From assembly GCF_001194135.2 (NCBI RefSeq), contig NC_068985.1, positions 122,628,906-122,692,905 on the forward strand: DNA of 64,000 nucleotides. The letters are read 5' to 3'. Every line of letters starts with the position of its first letter. The stretch's first letter is position 1. Below are positions 39,039 through 51,364 of the stretch, piece by piece. Origin of the DNA: Octopus bimaculoides. Lineage: Eukaryota. The notes below the pieces were generated by a model that searched no databases, was not told the DNA's origin, and worked only from the letters and a program-made list of their open reading frames with translations. Both the position numbers and the translations under genes were made by a program.

Positions 39039-40027
39039 TACAATACATACATATGCGAATGCACCTAATTTTATCGAATGAAAGTTATTTCTTTATCATA
39101 GTTCCATTCCACAAAAAAAATTAAAAATTAATGATTAAAGATAAAATAAAAAGATATCTGAAACAAAAACAAGACTTCATTAAAGATTATCTTTTCATGG
39201 AATCAANNNNNNNNNNCAAAAAAAAAAAAAAAAATAAGTGAAAAAAATCTATTGAATTTTTGAAGAAAATATTAAAAGAAAATAAATATACATACAATTG
39301 AAAAATGAAAGCAAAAATATAATAAAAATTAAAATAACAATAAGAAAATCAATTTGGTGAGTTCAATATATTTTGTTGTTGAAATTATTCCAATATATTT
39401 GCTACCCACTTTTTTTCTTTTTAAATGTTCAAATATATTTGGATAAATATCAACACTAGATAGATTAAATCTTAATATACAGAAGAAAGTGTATGTTCCA
39501 AGTTGTTGGCCACAGTTTTTAATCTGGGTAGTTGAAATTTTGCATAGAGACAGATCATTTTAAATAGAAGATCATGGGTGATATGACTTTTTCTGACCCC
39601 AGAAGGTGATGAGGTGGTAGAATAGTTAGAAGGTTTGGTAGAATACCTTAAGTTGATGAAATAAAGTAGTAATCTAGGGGAGTCAATTGGCAGCACTGTT
39701 TTAGCACCAAGCATGGTTTCTTATGGTTTCTTTTCTTGCTCTTTGTAGTTTGAAAGTAATGCCTGTGATATTTATCCTAAAGTTTATTGGCCCGGAGGCA
39801 GTGGCCTATCATATTGGTGGCATAGAGAGGCAAAGCTTGCATGCTCACATGTCTGTTAGTCCCCTTCAACAAAAAAGGCCATTGTCCAGCCGGTATGTTC
39901 AAGAATAGATATATGGTCAACCAGGTCTTATTAAAGTCTTGGTGTGACCTTGGCCAAGGATAGATATTGCCGCTAGTAACCTATAAATTCGAAATTCAAC
40001 AGTGAACTAAGTGTAAATATGTTGTTG

Positions 40028-40220
40028 TTTAGACCCAGGCTTTAAGTATAGATAGAACAGCTGTATGACTGAAGGTATTTCAGCAGTGACCATACTGTAT
40101 TTTGCATATTAAAGACTATGCTGTCCAATGGTGTTCCTTAAGACAGTAAGATGCGATTTGGAGGAGATTTGGTTGCTATTTCTAGTAAGACTAAGCAACT
40201 ATGTAGAAGCTCCTTTGTTA
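40028..40220 (+). repeat. Interspersed repeat family C (copies also ~20250-20370, 23290-23500, 26100-26220, 28720-29110, 33830-34000, 34435-34620)
   Basis: Recurrent tttagccccagg...gcagacctatgatcaaa...gagatttggctgctatttctagcagg motifs. Class unknown. Confidence 0.6.
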
Positions 40221-40308
40221 GCTTAAATAATATTTATCTTCTGGCAATGACTATTCAAACAGACCCACGTGTTGGAAGGTTGTTGCCTGAGTAGTGCAAA
40301 GGCATCAT

Positions 40309-40366
40309 CCACCAAGAGAAGGGAATCACCTAGAAATCCACCAGGAGAAGGGAATCACCTAGAAAT
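40309..40366 (+). repeat. 29-bp tandem duplication
   Basis: ccacca(a/g)gagaagggaatcacctagaaat x2, one mismatch. Confidence 0.95.
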
Positions 40367-42489
40367 GCAGCGATGTGCATGTTACAACACATGACCCTAC
40401 GATACTACTACTACTGCTGCCACTTACATCTAATTAATTGATAATTAAACAGTGCTATTGTTACTCATAGCCATAAACATATATTGCAAATATGCAAATG
40501 AGAAACTAGTTTTATTTAATTTCATTTTAATAAATATGTTTTTATGAAAATTAGTATTCATTTCATTATTTTGTCTAAGCATCATGAAATTAGATTATAA
40601 TTACTGGTGGAACCCATGGAAATGCTACATTTTATCAATGTTCTTATTTGTTTCTTTGCATAAATTTATACATTTTCATAACACTGTTACATTATGTTAA
40701 ACTTTTCAGTTATATCTTCGATTTCACTCCTTGTTAAGGTTGCTGAAGGCACAACACTTAAATTTATTTAATGATGTTAAAAGATGCTGATCACAGTAAA
40801 AGTCCATGTATGATACACTGCCATGCATCTCAGTTTTGGGAGTGAAATTAACTTTAAAACCCACAATGTCCTATATAACATACTGTGTTGCATTACTGCG
40901 ACAGGAGTAGAAAATCTATAATCCCACATATTAGTTTTTAATATTTCATTATATATACAAAAAAATATTGGCATATTATAGTTGTCCTCATCGTTTAACA
41001 TCTGCCTTCCATGCAGGCATGGGTTGGATGATTTGACAGGATCCAACAAACTGGATGATTGCATCAAACTCCAATGTCTACTTTGACATGGTTTCCATGA
41101 CTGGATGCCTTTCTAAATGCCAACTACTTTACAGAACGTACTGGGTGCTTCTTCTGTACTTTGTAGTTCAGCAGGTGATTTATGACCGATAGAAATGAGA
41201 AAAAAAAAATACTTTACTCAAAAAACCAACAATGTAGAGAGTACTTCTTTAGGGAGAGCATCTGGCTATAGAAATTCTGCCTCAGTAAAGTTTTTGTCTG
41301 ACCTATGTCAGCATGGGGTAGAAAAAAAATGAAAGTTAAAAATGAAGAATTTCATTCAGTTTTGGTGGAATCGAGAATCTCTATGGTAACGGTTCCCAAC
41401 CGAGGATCTACAAAGGTAGTATTAGGGGTCTGTGAGCAGTGCTCAAAATATTAAAAGGTTGCTGTGTAAAAAGCAGAATGACATATAATTCAGTTTAAAC
41501 ACACACACACACACGAAAAGACTTATTGGGTAAAAAAGGCCTTTTAAAAGGCTTGGGGGTCCATGGGAAGAATTTATTAAGATAAAAGTGGTCCAATAGT
41601 CAAGCCCATGCCAGCATGGAAAACGGACGTTAAAGGATGATGATCCTTCAAAAAAGGTGAAAAGATTGGAAGCCACTGGAAAAGAGAGGCCAGCTTACTC
41701 TAGCAAGAAAAGATAAACTGCAGAATTATATCCGAGCAAGGCCAAATAAATATTGTTATACAAACTTCTTAAATGTGTTACATAATATTAATTACTAAGA
41801 AAGCTATTATCCATTCATTTCTCTCTCTCTCTCTGTCATGTATTCGTTAAAAAATATATTGAGAGCTGAGGAATGTCAGTGATTTAGTTAGCTAGGAGTG
41901 TGTGTGTGTGAGAGAGAGATATGTTTTGATTGCTGAACCTCTGTCAGATCAATGGCATATAGTTTAAACAATTACATTAAACAAATCACCACCACCTACA
42001 CTAACCCATCCACAAATCTACACCACCACCACCACCACCACCACCACCACTGGCACTAACTAAATAGCTAACACCTACAACCACTGACTGTACACTACCA
42101 CCGCTGCCGCCGCCACCGCCGTCACGCCACTACGAACAATTAACTAGCCACTACTTACAGCCACCCACTCTACTCATCACCCCCGCCGCCGCCGCTGCCG
42201 TCACCACCACCACCACCACAACTAACCAGCCACCACCTGTAAGCCAACAGCAACAACTCAGCAGTCATTTACCACCGCCACCAGCACCAGCAGCAGCTAC
42301 AACAACAGCTAACACCACACCTGCATCACGATCACCGTCTGCAGGTACCAACTCTACACCACCGCCACCCATTTTACGTAACACATAAGCCACCACCTAC
42401 AGCAACCTAGCCACAACCACAGTCTTTAGCCGCCGCCACCACCGCTACGGCAATATTAGTTAGTACAATCAAAACCCTTATGACAGTAG

Positions 42490-42635
42490 GCGCGGGAGTG
42501 GCTTGCTTACCTACCACATGATTCCGGGTTCAGTCCCACTGCGTGGCACCTTGGGCAAGTGTCTTCTACTATAGCCTCGGGCCGACCAAAGCCTTGTGAG
42601 TGGATTTGGTAGACGGAAACTGAAAGAAGCCTGTC

Positions 42636-42695
<60 letters not shown>

Positions 42696-42898
42696 TTGTG
42701 TCTGTGCTTGTCCCCCCACTACCGCTTGACAACCGATGCTGGTGTGTTTACGTCCCCGTAACTTAGCGGTTCGGCAAAAAGAGACCGATAGAATAAGTAC
42801 TAGGCTTCCAAAGAATAAGTCCTGGGATTGATTTGCTCGACTAAAGGCGGTGCTCCAGCATGGCCGCAGTCAAACGACTGAAACAAGTAAAAGAGTAG
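42490..42898 (+). mobile_element. tRNA-derived SINE family A, essentially full length
   Basis: B-box-like GGGTTCAGTCCC, core ccttgggcaagtgtcttctactatagcctcgggccgaccaaagccttgtgagtggatttggtagacggaaactgaaagaagcc, an internal (TA)n/(TG)n tract and 3' end gactgaaacaagtaaaagagta. Confidence 0.9.
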
Positions 42899-43049
42899 TA
42901 ATAACCGCCACCATCACCACAATCGCTATAACAGCAGCAGCAGCAGCTACTACCACCACCCTAATACCATCGGCAGCCACTACCATCTCGTTTTCGTTGC
43001 TCCAACTAAAGCTATTAAAAGGGAATGATGACATTTAATCATTACATAC

Positions 43050-43098
<49 letters not shown>

Positions 43099-44099
43099 TT
43101 TCCTACTATAGGCACAAGGTCTGAAATTTTTGGTGAGGGGGGTGTGTGGCGAGTCGGTTACATAGACCTCAATGCGTACCTGGTACTTATTTTATCGACC
43201 CCGAAAAGATGCAAGGCAAAATCGACCTCAGCAGAGTTTGAACTCAGAACACAAAGAGGGCCTAAATGCCTCTAAGCATTTTACCCGGCGCGGTAAAAGA
43301 TCCTGCAAACTCGCTACCTCGATATAATGATATTCCTTTTTACTAAAGGCACAAGGCCTGATATCTTGTGTGGTGGTGGTGGTGGGGGGACTATTCGATT
43401 ACATCGGCCCAATGTTTCACTTGTACTTAATTTATTGATCTCGAAAATATGAAAGGCTAAGTCGACCTCGGCAGAATTTGAGCGCAGAACATAAAGACGG
43501 ACGAAATGCTGCAAAGCATTTCGTTCGGCATGCTAACGATTCTGTCAGCTCGCTGCCTTAATAACAATCCTTTCTATTATAGGTTCAAGGCATGAAATTT
43601 GGTGGGAAGTGGCTGGTCGGTTACATCGAACCCAGTTCTTAAAAGGTGACACTATTTGATCGACTCGAAAGGATGAAAAGCAAAGTCGATTTCGGATTGC
43701 CGCAGGGGCATCCAATGAGGGGGAAAATTACAAGGATAATTTACAATTCAGGTGGGGTTTTACATAAAACATGATGGGAAGAAAGGGAGAGTGGGGGAAT
43801 GATATAAAAATATACATAGTAAACAAATGTTTACTATGCAGTTCATCTGATACTGAACTCAAATTACGGCCAAATAAGGAACCCTGAAGATCCAGGATCA
43901 CCCTGACCATCGAAGACACAAACCCTTACTTAGCCCTTGTGTTCCATTTTACAGGAGCATTCTTAGAGTAAGTCCATTCACCTTAAGCATATTTTTTAGA
44001 AACAACTTCATAAGTTAGCAATACTCGGACAATGCACTAATAATGTGCAGTGCAGTTTCGTCGCTCTGGGCGAAAACACGAGCAGCATTGTCATACATG

Positions 44100-44620
44100 T
44101 AGAATTTACTTCGAACCGGCCCCTCGATAGTACTAGCAGATTAGGGGTTTCTGGAAGTTATTCATGGTAGTCCCGGGCATGAAAGTTTCCCGAAACAGAC
44201 CAGCTCGTTCGTCCTCGTCGACGCTTATAATTTCCCCCAAGAACGTCGTCACCCTTACCCACCACAAGATCTCTATATAGTGATCATGTAGAACTTCGGA
44301 TAGTAGAGGGCAATGAACATTCCAGGTGCCAAGCGCCAAACTTTTTTCTTGACCCAGGACAGACCTCTGTCAAAATGATGAGCTGTGGGAAAGACGTGTT
44401 TTACAAACGGACCATATCAGCTCAACCGTCCAAGAAAATTGAGCGCGTGATGCAGTCTCAGTGCCTACGCTTTAGTAGGGCGTTGGCAACAGATGGACCG
44501 CCTGATCAGTGAAACGCATCCTTCCACAGAAAGCAGAAAAGCAACTACTCCAGTCTGGCGAAACTTCAGTGGGGCAAACGCAATGGTCAAGTGGTAGGTT
44601 ATTATGCTGGCGTTGTACGT
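44100..44620 (-). mobile_element. Possible 5' remnant of an RTE-clade LINE (start of APE endonuclease)
   Basis: The minus frame has LALGTWNV, resembling the RTE endonuclease N-terminal GTWNV motif, in GC-rich non-SINE sequence. No other motif is clear. Confidence 0.3.
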
Positions 44621-44712
44621 ATATTTACTTTCATTCAGTTTCCTCTCAGGCCGTTTCTGAATGTCGCTAAGCATTTTGCCCGGTATGCTACCGATTCTGC
44701 CATGTTGCCATT

Positions 44713-44757
<45 letters not shown>

Positions 44758-46922
44758 GTGGCTGTGTGCCGAGAAGCTTCCTTACGAACTTCATAGTTTT
44801 GGGTTCAGTCCCACTGCGTGGCACCTTGGGTAAGTATCTTCTACTATAACCCCGAGCCAAATTAAGCCTTATGAGTGGATTGGCAGGCAGAAATTGAAAG
44901 AAGCCCGTCGTGTGTGTGTGTGTGTGTGTATAACGCGCTCGGGCGTTTGCGTTTGTCCCCCACCATCGCTTGACAATCGGGATCGATTTGTTTACGCCCC
45001 GGCAACTTAGCAGTGCGGCAAAAAGAAGTCGATAGAATAAGTACCGAGTTTAAAAGTTCTGTTTTGTAGTCGATTTGTTCGACGAAACCTTTCAAGGTGG
45101 TGCCCTGCCATGGCCGTACGCCAATAAAACAAGTAATATATAAAAGATCATTCAGTGAACGCAATAAACGACAGACACCTATCCAAGCAGGTAAATAGAT
45201 TTAACAGCTGCCAAAATGTATCAATGAAGAAACTTCCATGTCGTCACTTAAAATGTGCTAAAAAGAACAGCAAAATTTCCCTTAAGTCATACCATAACAG
45301 AACACGTATAATCCTAAAGACTTTGTGAGTATACTGATAAAAAAATGGCTGATATGCTTTTAATCCTTGATTTTAATCAGGGACGTACTACGACTCAACG
45401 ACAAAAAAAAAAAAAAAGAATGGTTTCTTATATAGACAAAGAGTCTCAAATTTAATGTTGGTGGAGCTAATAGTCGATTATAACAGCCCTTGTTTCTTAT
45501 ATAAGGCAAAAGGCTGTAAAAGGTCTGTTTTCGACTGATACTTTATTAATTCTCAGAAGAATGAAATGTAAATTTGACCTGGGCAAGATTTGAAACCTTA
45601 GAATAATAGTTATCATATGGAGCCAGAAACTTAGGGGAGGGAGAAGGTAAGAAACAATTATATCATCTTCGGTACCTGACAGGTATCTTATTTTGTCGAC
45701 CTCAGAAGGTTAAAAGGTAAAGTTGGCCTCGGCAGGATTCGAACAGTAACACTGGCAGCTCTGACCTGTTAAGTAATTTAACTATTCTCTGTAATTCAAT
45801 AACCACATTGTCTAAATGAAACGTTTTCAATTACTGTACTGTAGTAGAAGTGAGCGACCAGTTTTGAAGGAGAGACAAGACATGATAGGATATGAAGAAA
45901 ACTCGAATATTTTTAATACACCACACTAGTGTATATGCCTTCCTTTTTGGTAAAATGTAATCCGTTACCCTATCTCTATTTTACATAGCAGAATGCTACA
46001 GGATCTGTCGTTCAAGCCTCACTACGCTTATGCACTTATTACTTTAACATAAGAATTTTTCTTGAAGAAAACTGGCTGTCGTCTATGCAAGCAAGTTTCC
46101 CTCCCCTCCCCACAGCAATGGTGTTTATCCAAAAGAAAGGCCGATTCGGACCGATACAACTTGGCACCAGTATCGTTTGTAGGCTTGGTATTTGGAATAC
46201 CAAGGGCCGGAATAGGTACCGCAAGGCATCTTTCTCGATTATCTAAAAGTACTTTATTTCATTGACACTCGAAAGAATGAAAAACAAAATTGACTCCGGC
46301 AAGATTTGAACCCAGATTGCAGACAGTCGGAACAAATACCGCGAAGTATTCTATCCAGTTTTAATATGAAATTCTTTTTTTTTTCTGTTTAAACAAAAAC
46401 TTTTATAAAGCTGCTGGTGTGTTCTAACACGTCTTGTCCTTTATTCATTGTGACAAAGATGGAAAAAAGTTAAAAAGTCGCTGTTCTAAGATAATGCAGT
46501 CATATTCATACACGAGACAGCTTTTAGACAAGATCGAGCAGAGCCGATACAATCAACGTTTTTGTACAAGACCAAGCGCAACTGGTGCAATCAACACAGT
46601 ATATTACTGGTATTTATTTATCGACTCTTAAATCTTAGCGTGTCGACGGGGTTGGCCATGAAGGTAATGAATCGAAACAATTATTGTAAGGCATCGTGTC
46701 CAACGCCCTTGCAGTCTGCTAATCTACCGCTCTGGATTGGATTTTTTTTTATCGATCCTGAAAGGACGAAAGGCATCGTTGACCACGTCAAATGTAGCCG
46801 ATTAGAAAGGGGGAGAGAAAGAGAGAAAGAGGGAGAGAGAGATGATGAAAATGATACGTCTGTATTATCATCTATCATCATGTATAGGAATGGTGTTTCG
46901 ATTCGCATGTGTAACTGAAACT

Positions 46923-46958
<36 letters not shown>

Positions 46959-47069
46959 AGCCTTATAGCATCTTTTTCACAATTGCCTGACCAATATAAA
47001 AGTCTTAATGCCGTTGGACCAGTCCAACTATCTGTATATCGCTTGGTCTTCTAGGTGATGCAAAAACTA

Positions 47070-48300
47070 TTAGGTTGTTCTGAAAATTAATGGCTGCTCT
47101 AAGTGTTGTGTTTTGAAATGCAATTTTATCAGAGTATTTTAATTATATTTTAGGTATATTTCGACATACTTAATAATTGATGTATGCTCTTTAATAATTT
47201 TTCACTTATTCCAGACAGAAAACATTCTTGAAGCATAGGTGCCCTTAATTATGAACATGATAAAAAAGGACCTTCGCTTACTTTTCTTGCATGAGTTCAA
47301 GCTTGGACACAATGCCTCCCAAACTGCTCCCAATATCAACAGAGCCTGGGGAGAGGGGTCCACAAGTGATCGCACAGTACGAAGGTGGTTTCAGAAATTC
47401 CGTAGTGGTGATGAGAGCCTTGAAGATGAAAAAGGTAGAGGATGGTCATGCAGTCTTGACAAAGAACAACTGAAAGCAGTTGTTGAACAAAATCCACGTC
47501 AAAGTGTCAGAGAAACGTCTCAGGCACTTGGTGTCGGTATTGCAACGGTCTCACGCAATCTACAGAATATTGGTAAGGTGAAAAAGTTCCATAAATGAGT
47601 ACTACATGAGCTCAATGAAAATCAATAAGTTCGGCGTTTTGAAGTGTGATCGATGCATTTTCTGCGAAACACCAATGATCCTTTTCTTGATCGAATGGAT
47701 CTTTTATGATAACCGTAAACGATCAGGTCAATGGCTTGATCGTGGTGAGTCCCCCAAACATTTCCCAAAACCAAAGTTACATCAGTAAAAGATTATGGCG
47801 ACTGTCTGGGGTCTGCAATTGATGTTGTCCATTACAGCTTTTTGGAAGCCAATCAGAGCATTACAGCAGAGGTTTACTGCAATCAACTCGCTGAAATGCA
47901 TGCTCATTTGCAAAAAATGAGACCTGCATTGGTGAATCGGCGTGATCCAATTCTGCTCCACGATTATGTTGTAAGAACGACACTGCAGAAACTCTCAGAC
48001 TTGGGATACGAGACTTTACCACATCCTCCATATTCTCCTGATCTTTCACTCACTGACAACCATTTTTTAAAAGCATTTAAACACGTTTTTAAGTGATAAA
48101 ACCTTCAGGTCCAAACCAGAGGTGGAATCAGCTTTCAAAGATTTCTTAGCATCAAAACCAATAAGTTTTTATCAACGAGGCATAAATAATCTCGTTGATC
48201 GATGGCAGAGATACTTTGACCAATCAAATCATTTGTATTGTTATTTCTCCAAAATAAGATTATGTTTCTGAAATCAGCCATTATTTTCGGAACAACCTAA
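47070..48300 (+). mobile_element. Second mariner transposon (Hsmar1-like), near full length, transposase inactivated
   Basis: TIRs ttaggttgttctgaaaattaatggctg / cagccattattttcggaacaacctaa with TA flanks. Fragments: HEFKLGHNASQTA...TVRRWFQKFRSGDESLED (HTH), WIFYDNRKRSGQWLD and HPPYSPDLSLTDNHF. Stops and frameshifts are present. Confidence 0.93.
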
Positions 48301-48726
48301 TAAATTAAAAACTTTACACTATCTCATTTTCTTCCTGGACGGACGAATCGATAGGTTAGTTGAGTCCCAGTCAAATGAATCTTATCGTTCACATTATAAG
48401 AGAATGTGAGAGCGATTTAGAATATCTGACCGCACTGCACCTTCCGGCCGAGATAATAATTCTATTGTCTTGTGGCTGATGCTTTCTAAAGCACAAATTC
48501 TCTACATAATACACAGCTTACACTTAAAAGACGACATAGTTATCCTACGTATACATATTTCAACCAGCATTCTGACCACCTGTAAAAATAATCACTCAAT
48601 TGATAATAGACCTTTCATTTAACAACAACATTCAACAACGACGAATCTATCGACATAATGCTCTCATTCTTTACAACCTTTAGAGGGATCTTTCTTCCTT
48701 AAAAATTATCGACTATGTATTACCCA

Positions 48727-49647
48727 GATCTTTTCTGTTCGGCTCACATTTACCAATTCCTTTAATTTTAGTTCCAATTAATTTCAAATTTAGTGTATTG
48801 ATGTAGTTTTGTACGCTAATTATCGAAATAAAATTAAATTTTGCAATGTATTAATAAATAAAAACGTAATAGCTTTTAAAGTTTGCAAATTTTGGGTAAT
48901 TTTAGCCAATCGAAAGCTACAGGTATATCGGTACCTGTTTCAGTAGTAACAAGCCAAAGTATAAATCTGCTTAACCTGTGTCTTCTTTTTTTTCTTTCTT
49001 TTCGAGAAGCGTACCAGTTCCTGTTCTGTCACTATCACATTTTCATAATTTTGAACGGTGTTTTCTTGCACCTTTTCAACCTAAATTATAATACGACCAA
49101 CTCGTTTAACCTTTCGAATACGATGGAGAAATTGAAAATCGAAAACAGCGTATGGGTGTCAGTAAAACGAGGGTATAAACGACGCTGTGGAACCCACCAT
49201 TCTATGAATGACTCGTATCTCTGCGAGTTCATGTGACGCAGGAGATACGAAAATTGTAATTTGTTTGATAAACTACCTACAGCGTATCGCAACATTCGTT
49301 TCTGAATATTCGCTACAAAAAATGTATTATAATTTTTTGGAAAAAAAAAAAAATTAATAAAAGATCATTGAGAATTTTTTCATTCTTTATATTGTTTACA
49401 TGCCTGTTCCAACATTTAACATGACTTAATTCATTAAAACTTACTAAAACTCCCGTCGTTTAATGTTGTCATTACGCACAAAATGTTAGCTTCCAAATTC
49501 TGCTTTCTGATTGGGTAAAAATAATCAAACTTTAAACCTCTGCATTTTCTAAAAATTTTCTGAAACAAGTGAATAACATCAGATTCAGCGTGAAAAATTA
49601 CATCAAAATACCAAATTTTAAAAGGTGTGAGCCAAACAGAAAAGATC
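48727..49647. mobile_element. Non-autonomous DNA-transposon-like element with long imperfect inverted arms
   Basis: gatcttttctgttcggctcaca (48727-48748) versus tgtgagccaaacagaaaagatc (49626-49647), with further matching blocks over ~150-190 bp inward. No transposase ORF. Confidence 0.55.
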
Positions 49648-50105
49648 CTATCACCCTAATCAAACCACTTGATGTCCCTACCTCTATTCTTGTGAGCTCG
49701 CTATGCCCTACTCCCAGCCCTCGCACTAAGCACAAACAAGTCCTTTCTTCGAAACTAATTCACTGGCACTCACTTCTTACCAGCATCTCCCAAACAACAA
49801 TTACTCTGTGAGTACTCGCAAGGATTATGATAATTAGCTCCTCTTTTCAATTGGAAACAAAAAGACGATCTGCCGGAGGTGGTCAATTTTTACTCGTTCA
49901 GTCCATCAACAACGTTTTAAGTCCTACAAGTGACAATGACCCATCGATATACGCAGTAGCAACACTAAATGACCAGTCTGTAAGCTTGCCGAGGAACAGA
50001 AACTTAGGCTGATTTGTTCAACGTATTACATACACCGAACTGTGTTACATAGTCTTTAGAAATACTTCTACGATCACAGAATTATAGAACACCCCATTCT
50101 CTACG

Positions 50106-50140
<35 letters not shown>

Positions 50141-50333
50141 NNNNNNNNNNNNNNNNNNNNNNNNNNNNNNNNNNNNNNNNNNNNNNNNNNNNNNNNNNNN
50201 NNNNNNNNNNNNNNNNNNNNNNNNNNNNNNNNNNNNNNNNNNNNNNNNNNNNNNNNNNNNNNNNNNNNNNNNNNNNNNNNNNNNNNNATTATATTGGTTC
50301 CGAATCCTAGCTTAGCTGTATTGCAGCTGTTCG

Positions 50334-50365
<32 letters not shown>

Positions 50366-51364
50366 CAGTGGTACTTTGTGCATGAATGCAAGACACGCTT
50401 TTCATGCCTGAATTATATAATAGAACACGAATAACAAACCAGATTTTAATATAAAATATCCGTTTTCTTTGAGGGACGGCAACAAAATGTGTACATATAC
50501 ATACACACGGACCCTACCTTATTTACATAGCTTTGATTTTTAATATTGCATGCACTATCAGGAACCGCCTCTAATATCTATCTATCTATCTACATATTTA
50601 TTTATTATTTATGCTGGCCTGACCAATGTAGAAGTTTTTACAATAAAGTGTTACACGAAATCAATTTCAGGTAACCTGCATATGAATAATTGTTACATCT
50701 ATTGACGAGCGCAACTGCGAGTATATTTGTGCATGAATTAATTGCATATATAAGATATTTAGTATATACAAAAAAAAAAAAAAAAGGAAAAAATACAAAC
50801 GCAAATATATGTAGCTTTACAGATAAAATATTTGATTCGTACGAAATACGTAGAGTCTTTTTCAAGAAAAACACATTCACTCATCAGAGTGATGAGTCAA
50901 GCACCATTGTTTGCTTATCTCTACTTCAAAGCCTACCCCACCAAGACAACTTGTATCCTTTAGCAGAAACGCAAAGGCCCTCTATGTTCGTAGGGTGGAA
51001 TCAATCTAGTGTTTTGAGTATTTGTCTGTTCCAAAAGGCAATAATGTAGTATATGGCGAGAAAAGGCTTTCAGCCAATGTTGCAATAGAGAATTGAAACT
51101 ACTTTCTCATATATTCATATTATGAAGGGTAGTTCCTATGAATCATTTTAGAGTTTCTGAGGCCGGTTAGCTCAGCCTACTTAGCTGTAAACCGTTACTA
51201 CAGGGAAAAATAGCTTATCGCTGTAAGCAGTAGTAACGCTGATTAATTATATTCGTGAGCTCTCTATGAGAGTCGGACTCTGCCAGGCTGGTTTTTATCA
51301 ACACACAACTACAACGAATTATGAAAATTGTTCAGAGACCATATAAACTATGGAATACACTATA

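Noticed and set aside
47052-47067. taggtgatgcaaaaac resembling an Hsmar1-type TIR start just left of mariner B
   Set aside because: No continuation of such an element after 48302.
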